Below are positions 1-9,038 of a DNA stretch of 64,000 bases, piece after piece. The notes under the pieces are model-generated. The model was not told the DNA's origin and ran no database searches. It was given only the letters and a program-made list of their open reading frames with translations. The DNA comes from a virus: positions 118,633 to 182,632 of IMG/VR virus record IMGVR_UViG_3300031414_000008, one strand, 5' to 3'. Position 1 is the stretch's first letter; every line of letters starts with the position of its first letter. The position numbers were made by a program, and so were the translations under genes.

Positions 1-34
1 GTTCGTCAAGGGCCAGAAGAAGCCGCAGTAATCC

Positions 35-60
35 AAGCCCCTTCGGGGGCTTTTCTTTTT
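35..60 (+). terminator. Rho-independent terminator
   Basis: aagcccc-ttcg-ggggctt hairpin followed by T-tract. Confidence 0.85.
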
Positions 61-72
61 TAGGGGCAAATC

Positions 73-543
73 ATGGAACTTATCTTTAACGACGGCAACG
101 TTGAACTGGCCGAGCACATTCCTCATAAGAACGAAAACATGGGCAAGATCCGCCTGGTCCGTAACGGGGATACCGAGGGCATCTGGGTCATGTTCTCCGA
201 CGCCGACAAGAAGAAGTACGACGATGACTCTCTGCGGGGTGAGACGGTGATCGCGGCCCTGTGCAACCAATCCCTGGCAGGTGTGCCTTGGGGTGCGTAC
301 GTGAAGGTCACCCTGGATGGCGAGAACCGTCCGAAGTGCGTGTGTGAAGACGTCTTCGGCGACGACCCAACGTTCTTCTATCCGGACTGGGCGTCAGAGA
401 AAGTCTGTGAGCATTTCGCTCAGCAGCTGCAGGCGAACAAGTATAAACTAGACGATGACATGCGTGCGTACTTGATCCCTCACATCGCGAACGCACCAGA
501 AAGCGACGTAACTGCAGCACTTAAACAACTACTGGAGCAATAA
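73..543 (+). CDS. hypothetical protein
   Basis: 156-aa ORF, RBS-like aggggc upstream, stop overlaps next ATG. Confidence 0.8.
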   Translation: MELIFNDGNVELAEHIPHKNENMGKIRLVRNGDTEGIWVMFSDADKKKYDDDSLRGETVIAALCNQSLAGVPWGAYVKVTLDGENRPKCVCEDVFGDDPTFFYPDWASEKVCEHFAQQLQANKYKLDDDMRAYLIPHIANAPESDVTAALKQLLEQ

Positions 544-860
544 TGTATAGCTATCAAGACTTTGCGAAAGCCGTATACGCTGAACTTCAGCCGGAAGAAT
601 CCTTCGAAGAGTGGGACGACCACACGTTCTACTCCTCTGAGCCACCACCGCCAGAAATGACCTTCTGTGAACGCTGGTTCATCAAGGGCAACTCCGCGGC
701 ACCGTACACCCTCGGCGGTGAGAACTACATCCTGGTTCAGCTGTCGTGCACTGACGGTCAGTGGGAGATCTTCACCGCCGACCAGGAGAGCACCTCTTCT
801 GTTCCGTACCAGACCGAAGCCGGCGCCCGCGAGGCCTGGACCTTCCTGCTGGGAGAGTAA
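543..860 (+). CDS. hypothetical protein (acidic)
   Basis: 105 aa, TAATG coupling to upstream gene. Confidence 0.75.
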   Translation: MYSYQDFAKAVYAELQPEESFEEWDDHTFYSSEPPPPEMTFCERWFIKGNSAAPYTLGGENYILVQLSCTDGQWEIFTADQESTSSVPYQTEAGAREAWTFLLGE

Positions 861-861
861 C

Positions 862-1275
862 ATGCCGACGCCTCTCAGTGTTCTCGAAGTTGCAAAGCTC
901 TACGCCAAGCACCGTAAGGAATCCACCCGAGAGGCAATCAAGCGTTGCGGGAAGCGGGTACGTAAAGGCGACATGATTCCCTGGTTGATCAATCACTTAG
1001 ATCGCCCATGGGCTCACCGCTGTGCCTTCTTCCCGGTTATCGACGATTGGTACCCCTCCTGGGAATTCCCCGAAGGCAAGTTCATCCGCGTCCTCATCGA
1101 GCCGATCGGCCACCACTACGTTAACATCCGTCTGTCCGGAGCCGACGATCACTCCGTCTACTACTCCTTCGGCAGTATGATTGAGGCAGAGGCATTCTGG
1201 GATCAACTCGTCGCCGAACCCGAACTGTGTCACACCATGATTTCCTTGCTGTATGAACCCTTTTCGCCCTACTAG
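862..1275 (+). CDS. hypothetical protein
   Basis: 3' part of the 667..1275 ORF; start MPTPLS directly after upstream stop with ggaga RBS. Confidence 0.7.
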   Translation: MPTPLSVLEVAKLYAKHRKESTREAIKRCGKRVRKGDMIPWLINHLDRPWAHRCAFFPVIDDWYPSWEFPEGKFIRVLIEPIGHHYVNIRLSGADDHSVYYSFGSMIEAEAFWDQLVAEPELCHTMISLLYEPFSPY

Positions 1276-1311
1276 ATTTCGTGTAAAATAACCTTAAAAG
1301 AGGTTACTATT

Positions 1312-1683
1312 ATGCGGATATCTTGGAAGACACCTTGTATTCAGGATTTAATGCCTGAACTGAATTCACTTCTCGAAGATTTCAACTGTGAAATCGTCGT
1401 GGATAAGTATGGCCGTGCCACGCTCTCGGACTTCTCCGGGAGTGAGGTTTCGTGGGATGCCCTCGAAGCTAATGGCGTGGTATACTTGCTGAATCGGACG
1501 ATTCTCCATCCGCTGGGTTACTCTCTGTATCTCACTGATGGGGTGTCTCCGGGGTTCGATGTGTTAGAGGACGGTGCTTTCAGCTACACGGCTGAGGCAC
1601 AGGCCCACTATGATCGAGCTCTCTCCTCGGTCCTCGAGGAAAAGTACCCACTTTCGGGTATAAGTACAACGGAGGGAAATTAA
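1312..1683 (+). CDS. hypothetical protein
   Basis: 123 aa, agagg RBS. Confidence 0.75.
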   Translation: MRISWKTPCIQDLMPELNSLLEDFNCEIVVDKYGRATLSDFSGSEVSWDALEANGVVYLLNRTILHPLGYSLYLTDGVSPGFDVLEDGAFSYTAEAQAHYDRALSSVLEEKYPLSGISTTEGN

Positions 1684-1705
1684 CCCCTCCCAAGGTGAGG
1701 TGTAA

Positions 1706-2155
1706 ATGAAATGTCTTCTGACTATTTCACTCCTGCTCTCCCTGTTCGTGGCCAAGCCCGTCTTGGCCTCAGCAGACAGCATCTGTCGGAAAGAGCCACT
1801 GGCATGCAACATTTATTTCGAAGCAAGAGGTGAAAAGGAAAAGGGTCAATACGCAGTTGCGTTTGTCTCGATGAACAGGCTCAAAAGTGGGAAGTACGGG
1901 AAGTCCATGCGATCTGTTGTTTTCGCAAAGGATCAGTTCTCATGGACTAACGGCCGACGGTCCATCAAAGACCAAGAGGCATTCGAGCGGGCACGGAAGG
2001 TCGCTGAAGCAGTAAAGACTTGGTCGAAAGACCCTGAAACGTACCGGAAGAAAGACGTCACGCGTGGCGCCAAGTATTTCCACAAGAAGGGTCTACGGCC
2101 GGGGTGGAACAAGAAAGTGGTGACCAGGATCGGCAACCACGTGTTCTACGGTTAA
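1706..2155 (+). CDS. SleB-like cell wall hydrolase (Hydrolase_2) with N-terminal signal peptide
   Basis: NIYFEARGE, VAFVSMNR, QFSW, GAKYFH, IGNHVFY motifs; hydrophobic N-terminus. Confidence 0.9.
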   Translation: MKCLLTISLLLSLFVAKPVLASADSICRKEPLACNIYFEARGEKEKGQYAVAFVSMNRLKSGKYGKSMRSVVFAKDQFSWTNGRRSIKDQEAFERARKVAEAVKTWSKDPETYRKKDVTRGAKYFHKKGLRPGWNKKVVTRIGNHVFYG

Positions 2156-2157
2156 CC

Positions 2158-2180
2158 AAAAGCCCTCCGGGGCTTTTTTA
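2158..2180 (+). terminator. Rho-independent terminator
   Basis: aaaagccc-tcc-ggggctttttt. Confidence 0.8.
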
Positions 2181-2193
2181 CTTTGGAGAAACT

Positions 2194-2547
2194 ATGAACT
2201 CGAACCACGTTATGGCGGCGGACGTCGGGACCCGTTCCCTCGGAGCCGGCTACCAGCTCTATCACAACCCGCAGACCTTCAAGACCGTGGACGGTCCGGT
2301 GTATTACCGCACGGATCTCCCGGATGGCTACGCTATCGACGGCCTGCCCGGCCTCTACCTCCTGGGTACGGTCGAACAGCGTAAGTCCAACCTGAACATC
2401 ATTACGCTCTCGCTCGTCGGCGACAACGGGGTGAAGTACTGCCACGACACCACCGACACGAACGAAGCGCTGCGTACCGTCTCGAAGATGAAGGCTGCAG
2501 CGACAGTCAACTACGAATCGATCGGCACGATCTACGTGGGTGAATGA
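2194..2547 (+). CDS. hypothetical protein
   Basis: start MNSNHV after ggaga RBS. Confidence 0.7.
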   Translation: MNSNHVMAADVGTRSLGAGYQLYHNPQTFKTVDGPVYYRTDLPDGYAIDGLPGLYLLGTVEQRKSNLNIITLSLVGDNGVKYCHDTTDTNEALRTVSKMKAAATVNYESIGTIYVGE

Positions 2548-2825
2548 TGGACTACGTTCTCGCAAGCTACCTCGCCCTTAACGGCGAACCGGTCCGTCGG
2601 AAGTGTTGGCCACAGGATGTCTATGTGGTCATCAAGGGTGCGTCGAACCATATCTTCGCTCCCAAGACCACGCCGACGGTTTGGCACTATTCACGAGAAG
2701 ACTTTAAGGCTAAAGACTATGAGCGTTACCACACTGGACTTTGCCGGAGCAATCGAGCTCCTGAAACAGGGGAAGGCGGTGACCCGTCTGATCTGGCCGC
2801 ACAGCCGGATTCTAGTCAAGGATAA
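2544..2825 (+). CDS. DUF2829/Tad2-like protein (copy 1)
   Basis: MDY..A...L.GE.V.R..W start and W..S.ED..A.DY motif resemble DUF2829; C-terminal tail overlaps the next gene. Confidence 0.5.
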   Translation: MMDYVLASYLALNGEPVRRKCWPQDVYVVIKGASNHIFAPKTTPTVWHYSREDFKAKDYERYHTGLCRSNRAPETGEGGDPSDLAAQPDSSQG

Positions 2826-2958
2826 TCAGGTCGTCATTCAGCACGAAGTAACCATGCCAGGGGTAACGCCCTGGCATTTTACTTTTGCGGACATGACCGC
2901 CGTTGACTACGTCGAGGCGTTCTTTAACCACCGGGACACCACGGTACCTATTCAATAA
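2719..2958 (+). CDS. DUF2829/Tad2-like protein (copy 2)
   Basis: LDFAGAIELLKQGKAVTRLIW ... PWHFTFADMTAVDY fits the DUF2829 pattern (F.eAl..lk.GkkV.R..W ... W.p...D.la.Dw). Confidence 0.65.
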   Translation: MSVTTLDFAGAIELLKQGKAVTRLIWPHSRILVKDNQVVIQHEVTMPGVTPWHFTFADMTAVDYVEAFFNHRDTTVPIQ

Positions 2959-3031
2959 GCTATTCAGAAAGCTATTCAAAACACCCCTTTCCCTTTGTAG
3001 AACAACAACTTACCTCTGGGAGTATCTATTC

Positions 3032-3208
3032 ATGATCAAGAACTTCAAGCACATGTGGAAGCATCACCGCGGGTTCTGCCTGCTGACTGGCTCCTACCTC
3101 GTCCCCGCTATGGTGACCTACATCTTCACGTTCGATCGGGCCTTGGCCATCAACGTAGGTTCCATCGGGATCCTCGCTTCGTTTTACTTTATCTGGAAAT
3201 ACGCATGA
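3032..3208 (+). CDS. small two-TM membrane protein
   Basis: 58 aa with two hydrophobic segments; ATGA overlap with next gene. Confidence 0.65.
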   Translation: MIKNFKHMWKHHRGFCLLTGSYLVPAMVTYIFTFDRALAINVGSIGILASFYFIWKYA

Positions 3209-3735
3209 ACCGAGTCTGGCTGATTTCTGACGCCCACTTCAATCACAAAGCGATCCCTAAGTTCCGCCCGCTCGTCACGAGCGTGGATGATAACACCGAG
3301 CAGATCGTTCACCACTGGCGTGCTCTCGTCGATAAGGATGACACGGTCATCTGTGTCGGGGACATGGCGTGGGATGCTGCCGGGTTAATGATCATGCAGA
3401 CGCTTCCGGGGCGTAAAATCCTGGTTCCCGGCAATCACGACGATCAAACGGACGTGACTCACCAGGAACTGTCCCGGACGTACGACCGTATCCGCGGCGG
3501 GCTGATCAACTACCCGGGCGGCTTCTGGATTCAGCACTGCCCGATGCACCCCGACGAGCTGTACGGCAAGATCAACATCCATGGGCATATGCACTGCAAC
3601 GCCATCCGTGATGCCCGCTACGTGAACGTCAATGTAGACTTCACCGGTATGAAACCGGTCCTCCTGGACGACATCAAGTCCGGCAAATACACCACTTACG
3701 ATAAGGTTCCCTATGAAGCTGACAGTCACCGTTAA
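3205..3735 (+). CDS. calcineurin-like metallophosphoesterase
   Basis: SDAHF, VGD, GNHD, HCP, HGHMH motifs. Confidence 0.92.
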   Translation: MNRVWLISDAHFNHKAIPKFRPLVTSVDDNTEQIVHHWRALVDKDDTVICVGDMAWDAAGLMIMQTLPGRKILVPGNHDDQTDVTHQELSRTYDRIRGGLINYPGGFWIQHCPMHPDELYGKINIHGHMHCNAIRDARYVNVNVDFTGMKPVLLDDIKSGKYTTYDKVPYEADSHR

Positions 3736-4144
3736 TCTCATCCGCGTCGATACTTTGCGTCCGTCGGATATCCGTGCCCTGCCACGGGAAATGCAGGATA
3801 CGCTCTCGAAGATGCCACAAGCAGAGGGACTGAATAAGTCTATTCTCTTCATGGACTCCTTCCCGCCGAAGCTCATCGACAACAAAGCGGTTAGCCGCTA
3901 CTTCCCGATGCTCGTTGAGCGTACCTTCCAAGGTGCTGTTGCACTTCTGCAGCATTGTGATAATCTGACTATGTCCCGCGGGCCACTGAAGATCTACTGG
4001 AATAAAGGGCTACTAAGCTTCGTCGATCAGGACGGCGACGTGTGGTGCCCTAGTCCTGCGGACGTGTTATCTGACAAAGAGGAGTGGTATGTCAATTCGA
4101 AAGTTGAACCGAATCAAACGCAAGCAGAGCTCCCTCCGCTCTAA
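3713..4144 (+). CDS. hypothetical protein
   Basis: 143-aa ORF in operon context. Confidence 0.65.
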   Translation: MKLTVTVNLIRVDTLRPSDIRALPREMQDTLSKMPQAEGLNKSILFMDSFPPKLIDNKAVSRYFPMLVERTFQGAVALLQHCDNLTMSRGPLKIYWNKGLLSFVDQDGDVWCPSPADVLSDKEEWYVNSKVEPNQTQAELPPL

Positions 4145-4277
4145 CGCCCACTGGTGCAACGGGTGCGACGCGAACTTAGTGCACGCCAACGAAAAGTGCT
4201 CGCACTGTGGCTGGCGTCCGATTGGCGACCAAGTGAAGAAACGGGATTACTATCATCAGGAGACCATTGATGGATAG
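4089..4277 (+). CDS. small zinc-ribbon protein
   Basis: WCNGCD...KCSHCG two CxxC pairs. Confidence 0.7.
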   Translation: MSIRKLNRIKRKQSSLRSNAHWCNGCDANLVHANEKCSHCGWRPIGDQVKKRDYYHQETIDG

Positions 4278-4485
4278 AAAACAGTATCGCCTTAAGGAGT
4301 CACCGACCACCGGTGGCGCCCCAGGTACTCCGGCGGGTACTATCGTTTACGAATGGCGTGGCCATGACTACGGTGCAGCTTCCTTTGACTCAATGATGCG
4401 TCAGGAGCAGTACATTAGCGTCTCTCTGCAGCCCGGAGAGAATCCTTACTTCACCGTTCCGGTGAGGCTTCTGGAGGAAGTGTGA
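4267..4485 (+). CDS. hypothetical phage protein
   Basis: 72 aa, aggag RBS; GTIVYE..GHDYG. Confidence 0.75.
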   Translation: MMDRKQYRLKESPTTGGAPGTPAGTIVYEWRGHDYGAASFDSMMRQEQYISVSLQPGENPYFTVPVRLLEEV

Positions 4486-4925
4486 CAGGGTTGAGGCCGG
4501 GAGGCCTCGCTCTACTCCTTACGACGACGTGGGATCTTCCACTGAACGTCGGAAAGGGTGTCACTACGGAATTCATCCTGGCACCGGGGGAAGTTACCCG
4601 TGGGCTCGATGGCCGTTGGTTAACGAACCAGACGGGTAAGCCTCTCTGGTTTATCATTGGCGACATCTGGCAGTCGAACACATCCGGCGATGTCTGGTAC
4701 GGTTTCGCACTGGTGGATGAAGCCTCCCTTTTACCTATCGATGGAGAAACGTTCGATGGCGAAGCTGGAATTTACAATAGCGGGCGGATGGTGGTGGTGC
4801 GAAAGATGCCGCAAGAACCACGTGGAGTGCAGCCCATGTCCCCGAGACCCAAACCACGTACCCGCAGACCCCGCAGAGGTAAAGGCCCGTTTGGACGCGG
4901 CGGTCGACCAGATCCGAGCGAGTGA
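4482..4925 (+). CDS. hypothetical protein (3' part overlaps next ORF; end uncertain)
   Basis: GTGA overlap with upstream stop. Confidence 0.4.
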   Translation: MTGLRPGGLALLLTTTWDLPLNVGKGVTTEFILAPGEVTRGLDGRWLTNQTGKPLWFIIGDIWQSNTSGDVWYGFALVDEASLLPIDGETFDGEAGIYNSGRMVVVRKMPQEPRGVQPMSPRPKPRTRRPRRGKGPFGRGGRPDPSE

Positions 4926-5058
4926 GGAGCGCCGTGCATTAGAGAAGGTCAAGAGCTATATTCCTCAGATCGAAGAAGGTGCTTACACTTGCGAGTGCTG
5001 CCTGTGTGGGAAATGGTATCAATCTGACAACAAACGGAGTGCTTACTGTGGCTGCTAA
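4756..5058 (+). CDS. Cys-rich hypothetical (two zinc-ribbon-like segments)
   Basis: WCERC..H..C and CECCLCG...YCGC. Confidence 0.55.
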   Translation: MAKLEFTIAGGWWWCERCRKNHVECSPCPRDPNHVPADPAEVKARLDAAVDQIRASEERRALEKVKSYIPQIEEGAYTCECCLCGKWYQSDNKRSAYCGC

Positions 5059-5443
5059 ACTGACGACCCAAGCGGTACGGGACCTCCTGACGGCGTGTCA
5101 GGGTACCGAAGACGATATGCGTGTTGAGGGTATCGTCGGGTACTACCTGTTCGACATGGACAAGCTGGAAGAACACCGCCAGCAAATCATCGAGCTCCTC
5201 TACGAACTGCCCGCTCCGTTCCAGATGTCCCACGGTGGCGGGTGGTCGTTCCTACAGGCGGCCTTTGACCGTCACGGTAATCACTGGGCGGAACATCCCA
5301 CGATGGACGCTCTATTCTGTCTCGGTATGGGACTTGACGTCGCCGGCTACGTTCTTCCACGGGAATCGTGGTCGATTTTCCCTGGCGGCATGCCTTACAT
5401 CTACATTAAGGACTCCGATGAAAATTCTGAGCAAAGTTCATGA
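4979..5443 (+). CDS. hypothetical phage protein (start uncertain)
   Basis: GGGWSFLQAAFD..G.HW..H..MD.LFCLG conserved-looking phage motif. Confidence 0.65.
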   Translation: MLTLASAACVGNGINLTTNGVLTVAAKLTTQAVRDLLTACQGTEDDMRVEGIVGYYLFDMDKLEEHRQQIIELLYELPAPFQMSHGGGWSFLQAAFDRHGNHWAEHPTMDALFCLGMGLDVAGYVLPRESWSIFPGGMPYIYIKDSDENSEQSS

Positions 5444-6140
5444 CTACTATGACTCTGCGGCGGCGTACGGCGTTTCCGATCAGTACTGGAAGCGCCAGAA
5501 CGACACGCTGCACGAGAAGGACACCGTCTTAGAGGACATCCTGCATCACACCCAGTGCTGGGGCGGTCGACCGATGATCGTTCTCTTCTGCGGAAAGGCT
5601 TACCCGGTGATCTCCCTGCGGGGCAACGGTGCCTACGATGATAACCACTTCTTGATCACCTGCCAGGATGACTTCGCTGTCTACAGGGAGATCTACGAAG
5701 CCGGCTTGAATCCACCGTACCTGGGCCGTTGGGAGGACGTGGAGCCGAGGCCTAACCGTTTCCGCTCTCCGGAATCCTACGCGGTCCGTGGGTTCCAGGG
5801 CTTCCAAGAGGACGTTGCGAAGCTGGACTGTGAGCAGTATCACCGTAAGTACAACGCCCCTATCCTCCGTGTCGGCTACACGTACATCGACAAGCACGGG
5901 AACTATCAGGATAACCGCGGACGGTGGCGTCACAAGGTCACCATCGAGACGAACCCTTCCCTGAAGGCACTGGGTTTCCAGAAAGTGAAGGACGCGTTCA
6001 CGGCATACCAGGAGTTGGACTCCTACATCTTCGGTGTGCTCGGCGTTGACGTTAACCCTACTGTCCAAACGTCGGATAAGGACCGCTTGGTAGCCCACGG
6101 CTTCGATAATCGCACCTCTTTCCGTAATATGAAACGTTAA
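5418..6140 (+). CDS. conserved hypothetical phage protein
   Basis: start MKILSKVHDYYD with aagga RBS. Confidence 0.8.
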   Translation: MKILSKVHDYYDSAAAYGVSDQYWKRQNDTLHEKDTVLEDILHHTQCWGGRPMIVLFCGKAYPVISLRGNGAYDDNHFLITCQDDFAVYREIYEAGLNPPYLGRWEDVEPRPNRFRSPESYAVRGFQGFQEDVAKLDCEQYHRKYNAPILRVGYTYIDKHGNYQDNRGRWRHKVTIETNPSLKALGFQKVKDAFTAYQELDSYIFGVLGVDVNPTVQTSDKDRLVAHGFDNRTSFRNMKR

Positions 6141-6141
6141 T

Positions 6142-6149
6142 GGTATAAG
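6142..6149 (+). promoter_or_regulatory. GGTATAAG promoter motif (representative copy; at least 11 in window)
   Basis: same motif recurs shortly upstream of RBSs in intergenic gaps at 1657, 6142, 7914, 8980, 10959, 17222, 23085, 43795, 51408, 53517 (+) and 32169-32176 (−). Confidence 0.75.
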
Positions 6150-6177
6150 GAACATAGAGACAAACAGGAGAATCTCG

Positions 6178-6702
6178 ATGTTCTTAATGACCACTGCCGG
6201 ATTAAACACCATAATCCGTACCCAGGACCTTACCGTTATCATTGCTCGCCGCCCGAAACGTAAAGGCATGTTCGGCTATCACGTGATGGCTGACATGATC
6301 GCTGTTGATGAACTCCTCCGGGAAGAAATGGAGACTGATGACATGACCGCGTTCAAGCGTCTGTTCTCCGGCTTCTGCCCAAAACGTGAAGCATATCAGT
6401 ATGCTGCCAAACTGAGTGACGAACCGAAAGAGCTCGTCCTACTGTTGGAGGCTATGAGCTTGTTGAAAGAGAAACCTGCTGTACAAGATAACGTGTTTGC
6501 TGAATACGCTCTGCGTGATGGATACACGATCAAGTTAGAAGGTATGGACGATGGCCTGTACGTGACTGAATACCAAGGTAAAGAGCTCGAAGCGAAGACC
6601 AAGGTGTTGAGCATGCGTGAAGGTCGTAGCCGTATCAAGATGTGCGTCGATAACATTGAGCGTCTGGAGCGTGTAAGCTTCCAGATTATCAAATCTGCCT
6701 AA
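6178..6702 (+). CDS. hypothetical protein
   Basis: aggag RBS, own promoter motif, followed by terminator. Confidence 0.8.
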   Translation: MFLMTTAGLNTIIRTQDLTVIIARRPKRKGMFGYHVMADMIAVDELLREEMETDDMTAFKRLFSGFCPKREAYQYAAKLSDEPKELVLLLEAMSLLKEKPAVQDNVFAEYALRDGYTIKLEGMDDGLYVTEYQGKELEAKTKVLSMREGRSRIKMCVDNIERLERVSFQIIKSA

Positions 6703-6720
6703 GCCCTTCGGGGCTTTTTT
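6701..6720 (+). terminator. Rho-independent terminator
   Basis: aagccc-ttcg-gggctttttt. Confidence 0.85.
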
Positions 6721-6732
6721 AAGGAGAAAAAC

Positions 6733-7920
6733 GTGATCCAAGAATACTATCTGCATATGTTCTGCGGGATAAACGGTGAGCTTGACCAGAACTCCGGTGC
6801 CGGTCGCCTCGCTATCGCTACCCTAATGGCAGGATACGGTCTGAATGCGACGACGAAGAAAGACCTGCAGTCCCGCGTCGATTGGGTGGTGACCCCCGGT
6901 TGCTTCCTGGGCCAGAAGGAGATGGCTCCGACGGACTACTACTGCCGTAACTTCCCGGAAGTTAAGTTCGCGGTCTCATTAGTGCCGTTCCGCAAGGTTA
7001 ACCGTACGATGAACTACCAGCTGGACTGGTCGGTTCTGGACCACGAGGAGTGGGACTGGAAGATCACCTCTCCGGTGTGGATCAACTTAGCGAAGATCTA
7101 CTGGCTCGGCTACTTCCTGTTTGGCCGCAACGTTCTTCCGGAGACGGTGATCGCCACGATGCGGGCTAAGTTCTCCCCTCGCTGTGATGATGCTCAGGAT
7201 AAGCGTCGCAACCTGAAGAGTCCGTTCGTGATGCAGTTCCTGAAGAACATCGGAGTTCCACTGCATGATGTCCGTCCGGCTCACCTCTTCTCGAACTCCC
7301 AGGACGATCTGGCACGCCACTTAGTCTTCGGGTCTCTGGCGATCGGCATGAACTGGTCGGAGAACATCCCGGGCTACTACGCGATGGGTGCGATGGTGAA
7401 GGACTTGGTGCCGGCGGGCACGGCGTTCAACCAACTGACCCCGCACTTAGCTCCGTTCGCCGAGGCCCAGTGCGGTCGCTTCCAGAACGGTCTGTTCCCA
7501 CTGCTGCAGCCGAGCTACTACCCGCTATCCATGGGCAACCCGGCGATCCCGTCTTCACCGAGCCGTGTGCCAACGAATGGCCGTGACATGCTGCCGCTCC
7601 TGTGGTGTAACAACCAGCGTTCTCCGCAGGAAGAAGCGAACACTCACTACGTCCAGGTCCGCGGCACCGAGATCAACTCCGAGTACTTCTCCTCGAACCG
7701 TCAGATGTGGCTCACCGCCGCCCTGCTGTGGGAGTACTACTTGATGCTGACCGGTCGCACGCTCTTCCAGATCGAACTCCTGGTGGAAGCTCGCCGGGCC
7801 CAGAACTGGACCGTGGATGACTTGAAGGAATCCTTGATCTACCTGAGCCCGTGCAACGCGAAGAACTCCTCTGTGGCCCAGATCGTTCGCTTCCATTTAG
7901 AGCGTCAGAATCAGGTATAA
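6733..7920 (+). CDS. hypothetical protein (395 aa)
   Basis: long ORF, aaggag RBS, phage-like codon usage; no family recognised. Confidence 0.85.
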   Translation: MIQEYYLHMFCGINGELDQNSGAGRLAIATLMAGYGLNATTKKDLQSRVDWVVTPGCFLGQKEMAPTDYYCRNFPEVKFAVSLVPFRKVNRTMNYQLDWSVLDHEEWDWKITSPVWINLAKIYWLGYFLFGRNVLPETVIATMRAKFSPRCDDAQDKRRNLKSPFVMQFLKNIGVPLHDVRPAHLFSNSQDDLARHLVFGSLAIGMNWSENIPGYYAMGAMVKDLVPAGTAFNQLTPHLAPFAEAQCGRFQNGLFPLLQPSYYPLSMGNPAIPSSPSRVPTNGRDMLPLLWCNNQRSPQEEANTHYVQVRGTEINSEYFSSNRQMWLTAALLWEYYLMLTGRTLFQIELLVEARRAQNWTVDDLKESLIYLSPCNAKNSSVAQIVRFHLERQNQV

Positions 7921-7950
7921 GTAAGGTACACAAACAAAAGGAGTTTTCTC

Positions 7951-8574
7951 ATGCAAGTCACCGTTAATGTTGTCAGTCTTCCTCCCGTCGTCGTTGACGC
8001 TTTCAATGACATGCTCACAGCAAGTGTCACCCCGATCTTCAATGAAGATGCCCTCCCGTCTAAAGCCCAGGCCGGTCTGCTCGCTGCTGCGTACTTCGCG
8101 TGCCAGAAGTCGATCTGTATGAAGTTCATGCCAGAGCTCGAATCGGCGGGGATGTTCAAAGATGTCGTCTCGATCGACTACCCCGGGTTCAAGTGGAACC
8201 GTGGCCTGAAGTTCTGCTACGCGGTCGACATGATCATCCCGTCCTTGGTCAAGACCATGGCGGAACTGATCGTGCAGGGCCGTGATTTCTCAGGCTTCAT
8301 GGACTTCCTCGAAGCGTGGGAAGGGATCAAGATTGACAAAGCTACCGGTGAATTGCTTGAGCATATCGAAGGCCCGGCGGCACGGCGTCTCGAAGAGCAT
8401 GCTCTGGGCCTGTGCAAGGCGAACTGCAGTCTGATGGTCGGTGAGACACCTACTATCATCCGCCGCGTCTTGAATAACGTGAAGGCAGCCGTCGAAGTCG
8501 GTTCTGAGACGCCTCTGGACTGCCTGGTCCATGACATGGAGTACCTGGTGCCGAACCTGGTAATCGAACTGTGA
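7951..8574 (+). CDS. hypothetical protein
   Basis: aaggag RBS and promoter motif at 7914. Confidence 0.8.
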   Translation: MQVTVNVVSLPPVVVDAFNDMLTASVTPIFNEDALPSKAQAGLLAAAYFACQKSICMKFMPELESAGMFKDVVSIDYPGFKWNRGLKFCYAVDMIIPSLVKTMAELIVQGRDFSGFMDFLEAWEGIKIDKATGELLEHIEGPAARRLEEHALGLCKANCSLMVGETPTIIRRVLNNVKAAVEVGSETPLDCLVHDMEYLVPNLVIEL

Positions 8575-8921
8575 AGACGAATATCTTTGGATCCATCGTA
8601 GAGTTTGAGCGTCACGCCGATGGTACCATTATATTCAAACTCAAAGATATTGTCCGTGCAATCGGCCTTGCTTGGGATAGTCAGTTTCACAAGGTCAAGA
8701 AAGATCCACTCGATCGCTACTGTATTGTCGAAGAACGTTTTGGCGCTGAAGATGGCAAGACTTACGAAGCCGTAGGTATCCCATCTGAAAATGTTCAGAA
8801 CTTCCTTGATGACATCAATGTCAATCGATGCACTAAAGATGTCGCGAAGATGATTCTGCGTCTACGCGACAATCTTCGTGGTAAGAACCTGGCTGAAGAA
8901 GCTATGCAGCATTTGGTGTAA
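8571..8921 (+). CDS. P22_AR_N-like antirepressor-domain protein (short)
   Basis: LKDIVRAIGLAWDSQFHKVK ... NFLDDINVNR resembles the antirepressor N-terminal domain. Confidence 0.6.
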   Translation: MKTNIFGSIVEFERHADGTIIFKLKDIVRAIGLAWDSQFHKVKKDPLDRYCIVEERFGAEDGKTYEAVGIPSENVQNFLDDINVNRCTKDVAKMILRLRDNLRGKNLAEEAMQHLV

Positions 8922-9038
8922 ATCCAGGGGAGGTTCGTTGGGTTATCCCAACAGATCTCCCCACATCTCAACGATATTTGGTATAAGAAGAGTATAGACA
9001 AAGGTCTGTACCGTATCTATTAACCCAAGGAGTAAACA

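Noticed and set aside
2958-2978. agctattca direct repeat x2
   Set aside because: Only two short copies; could be chance
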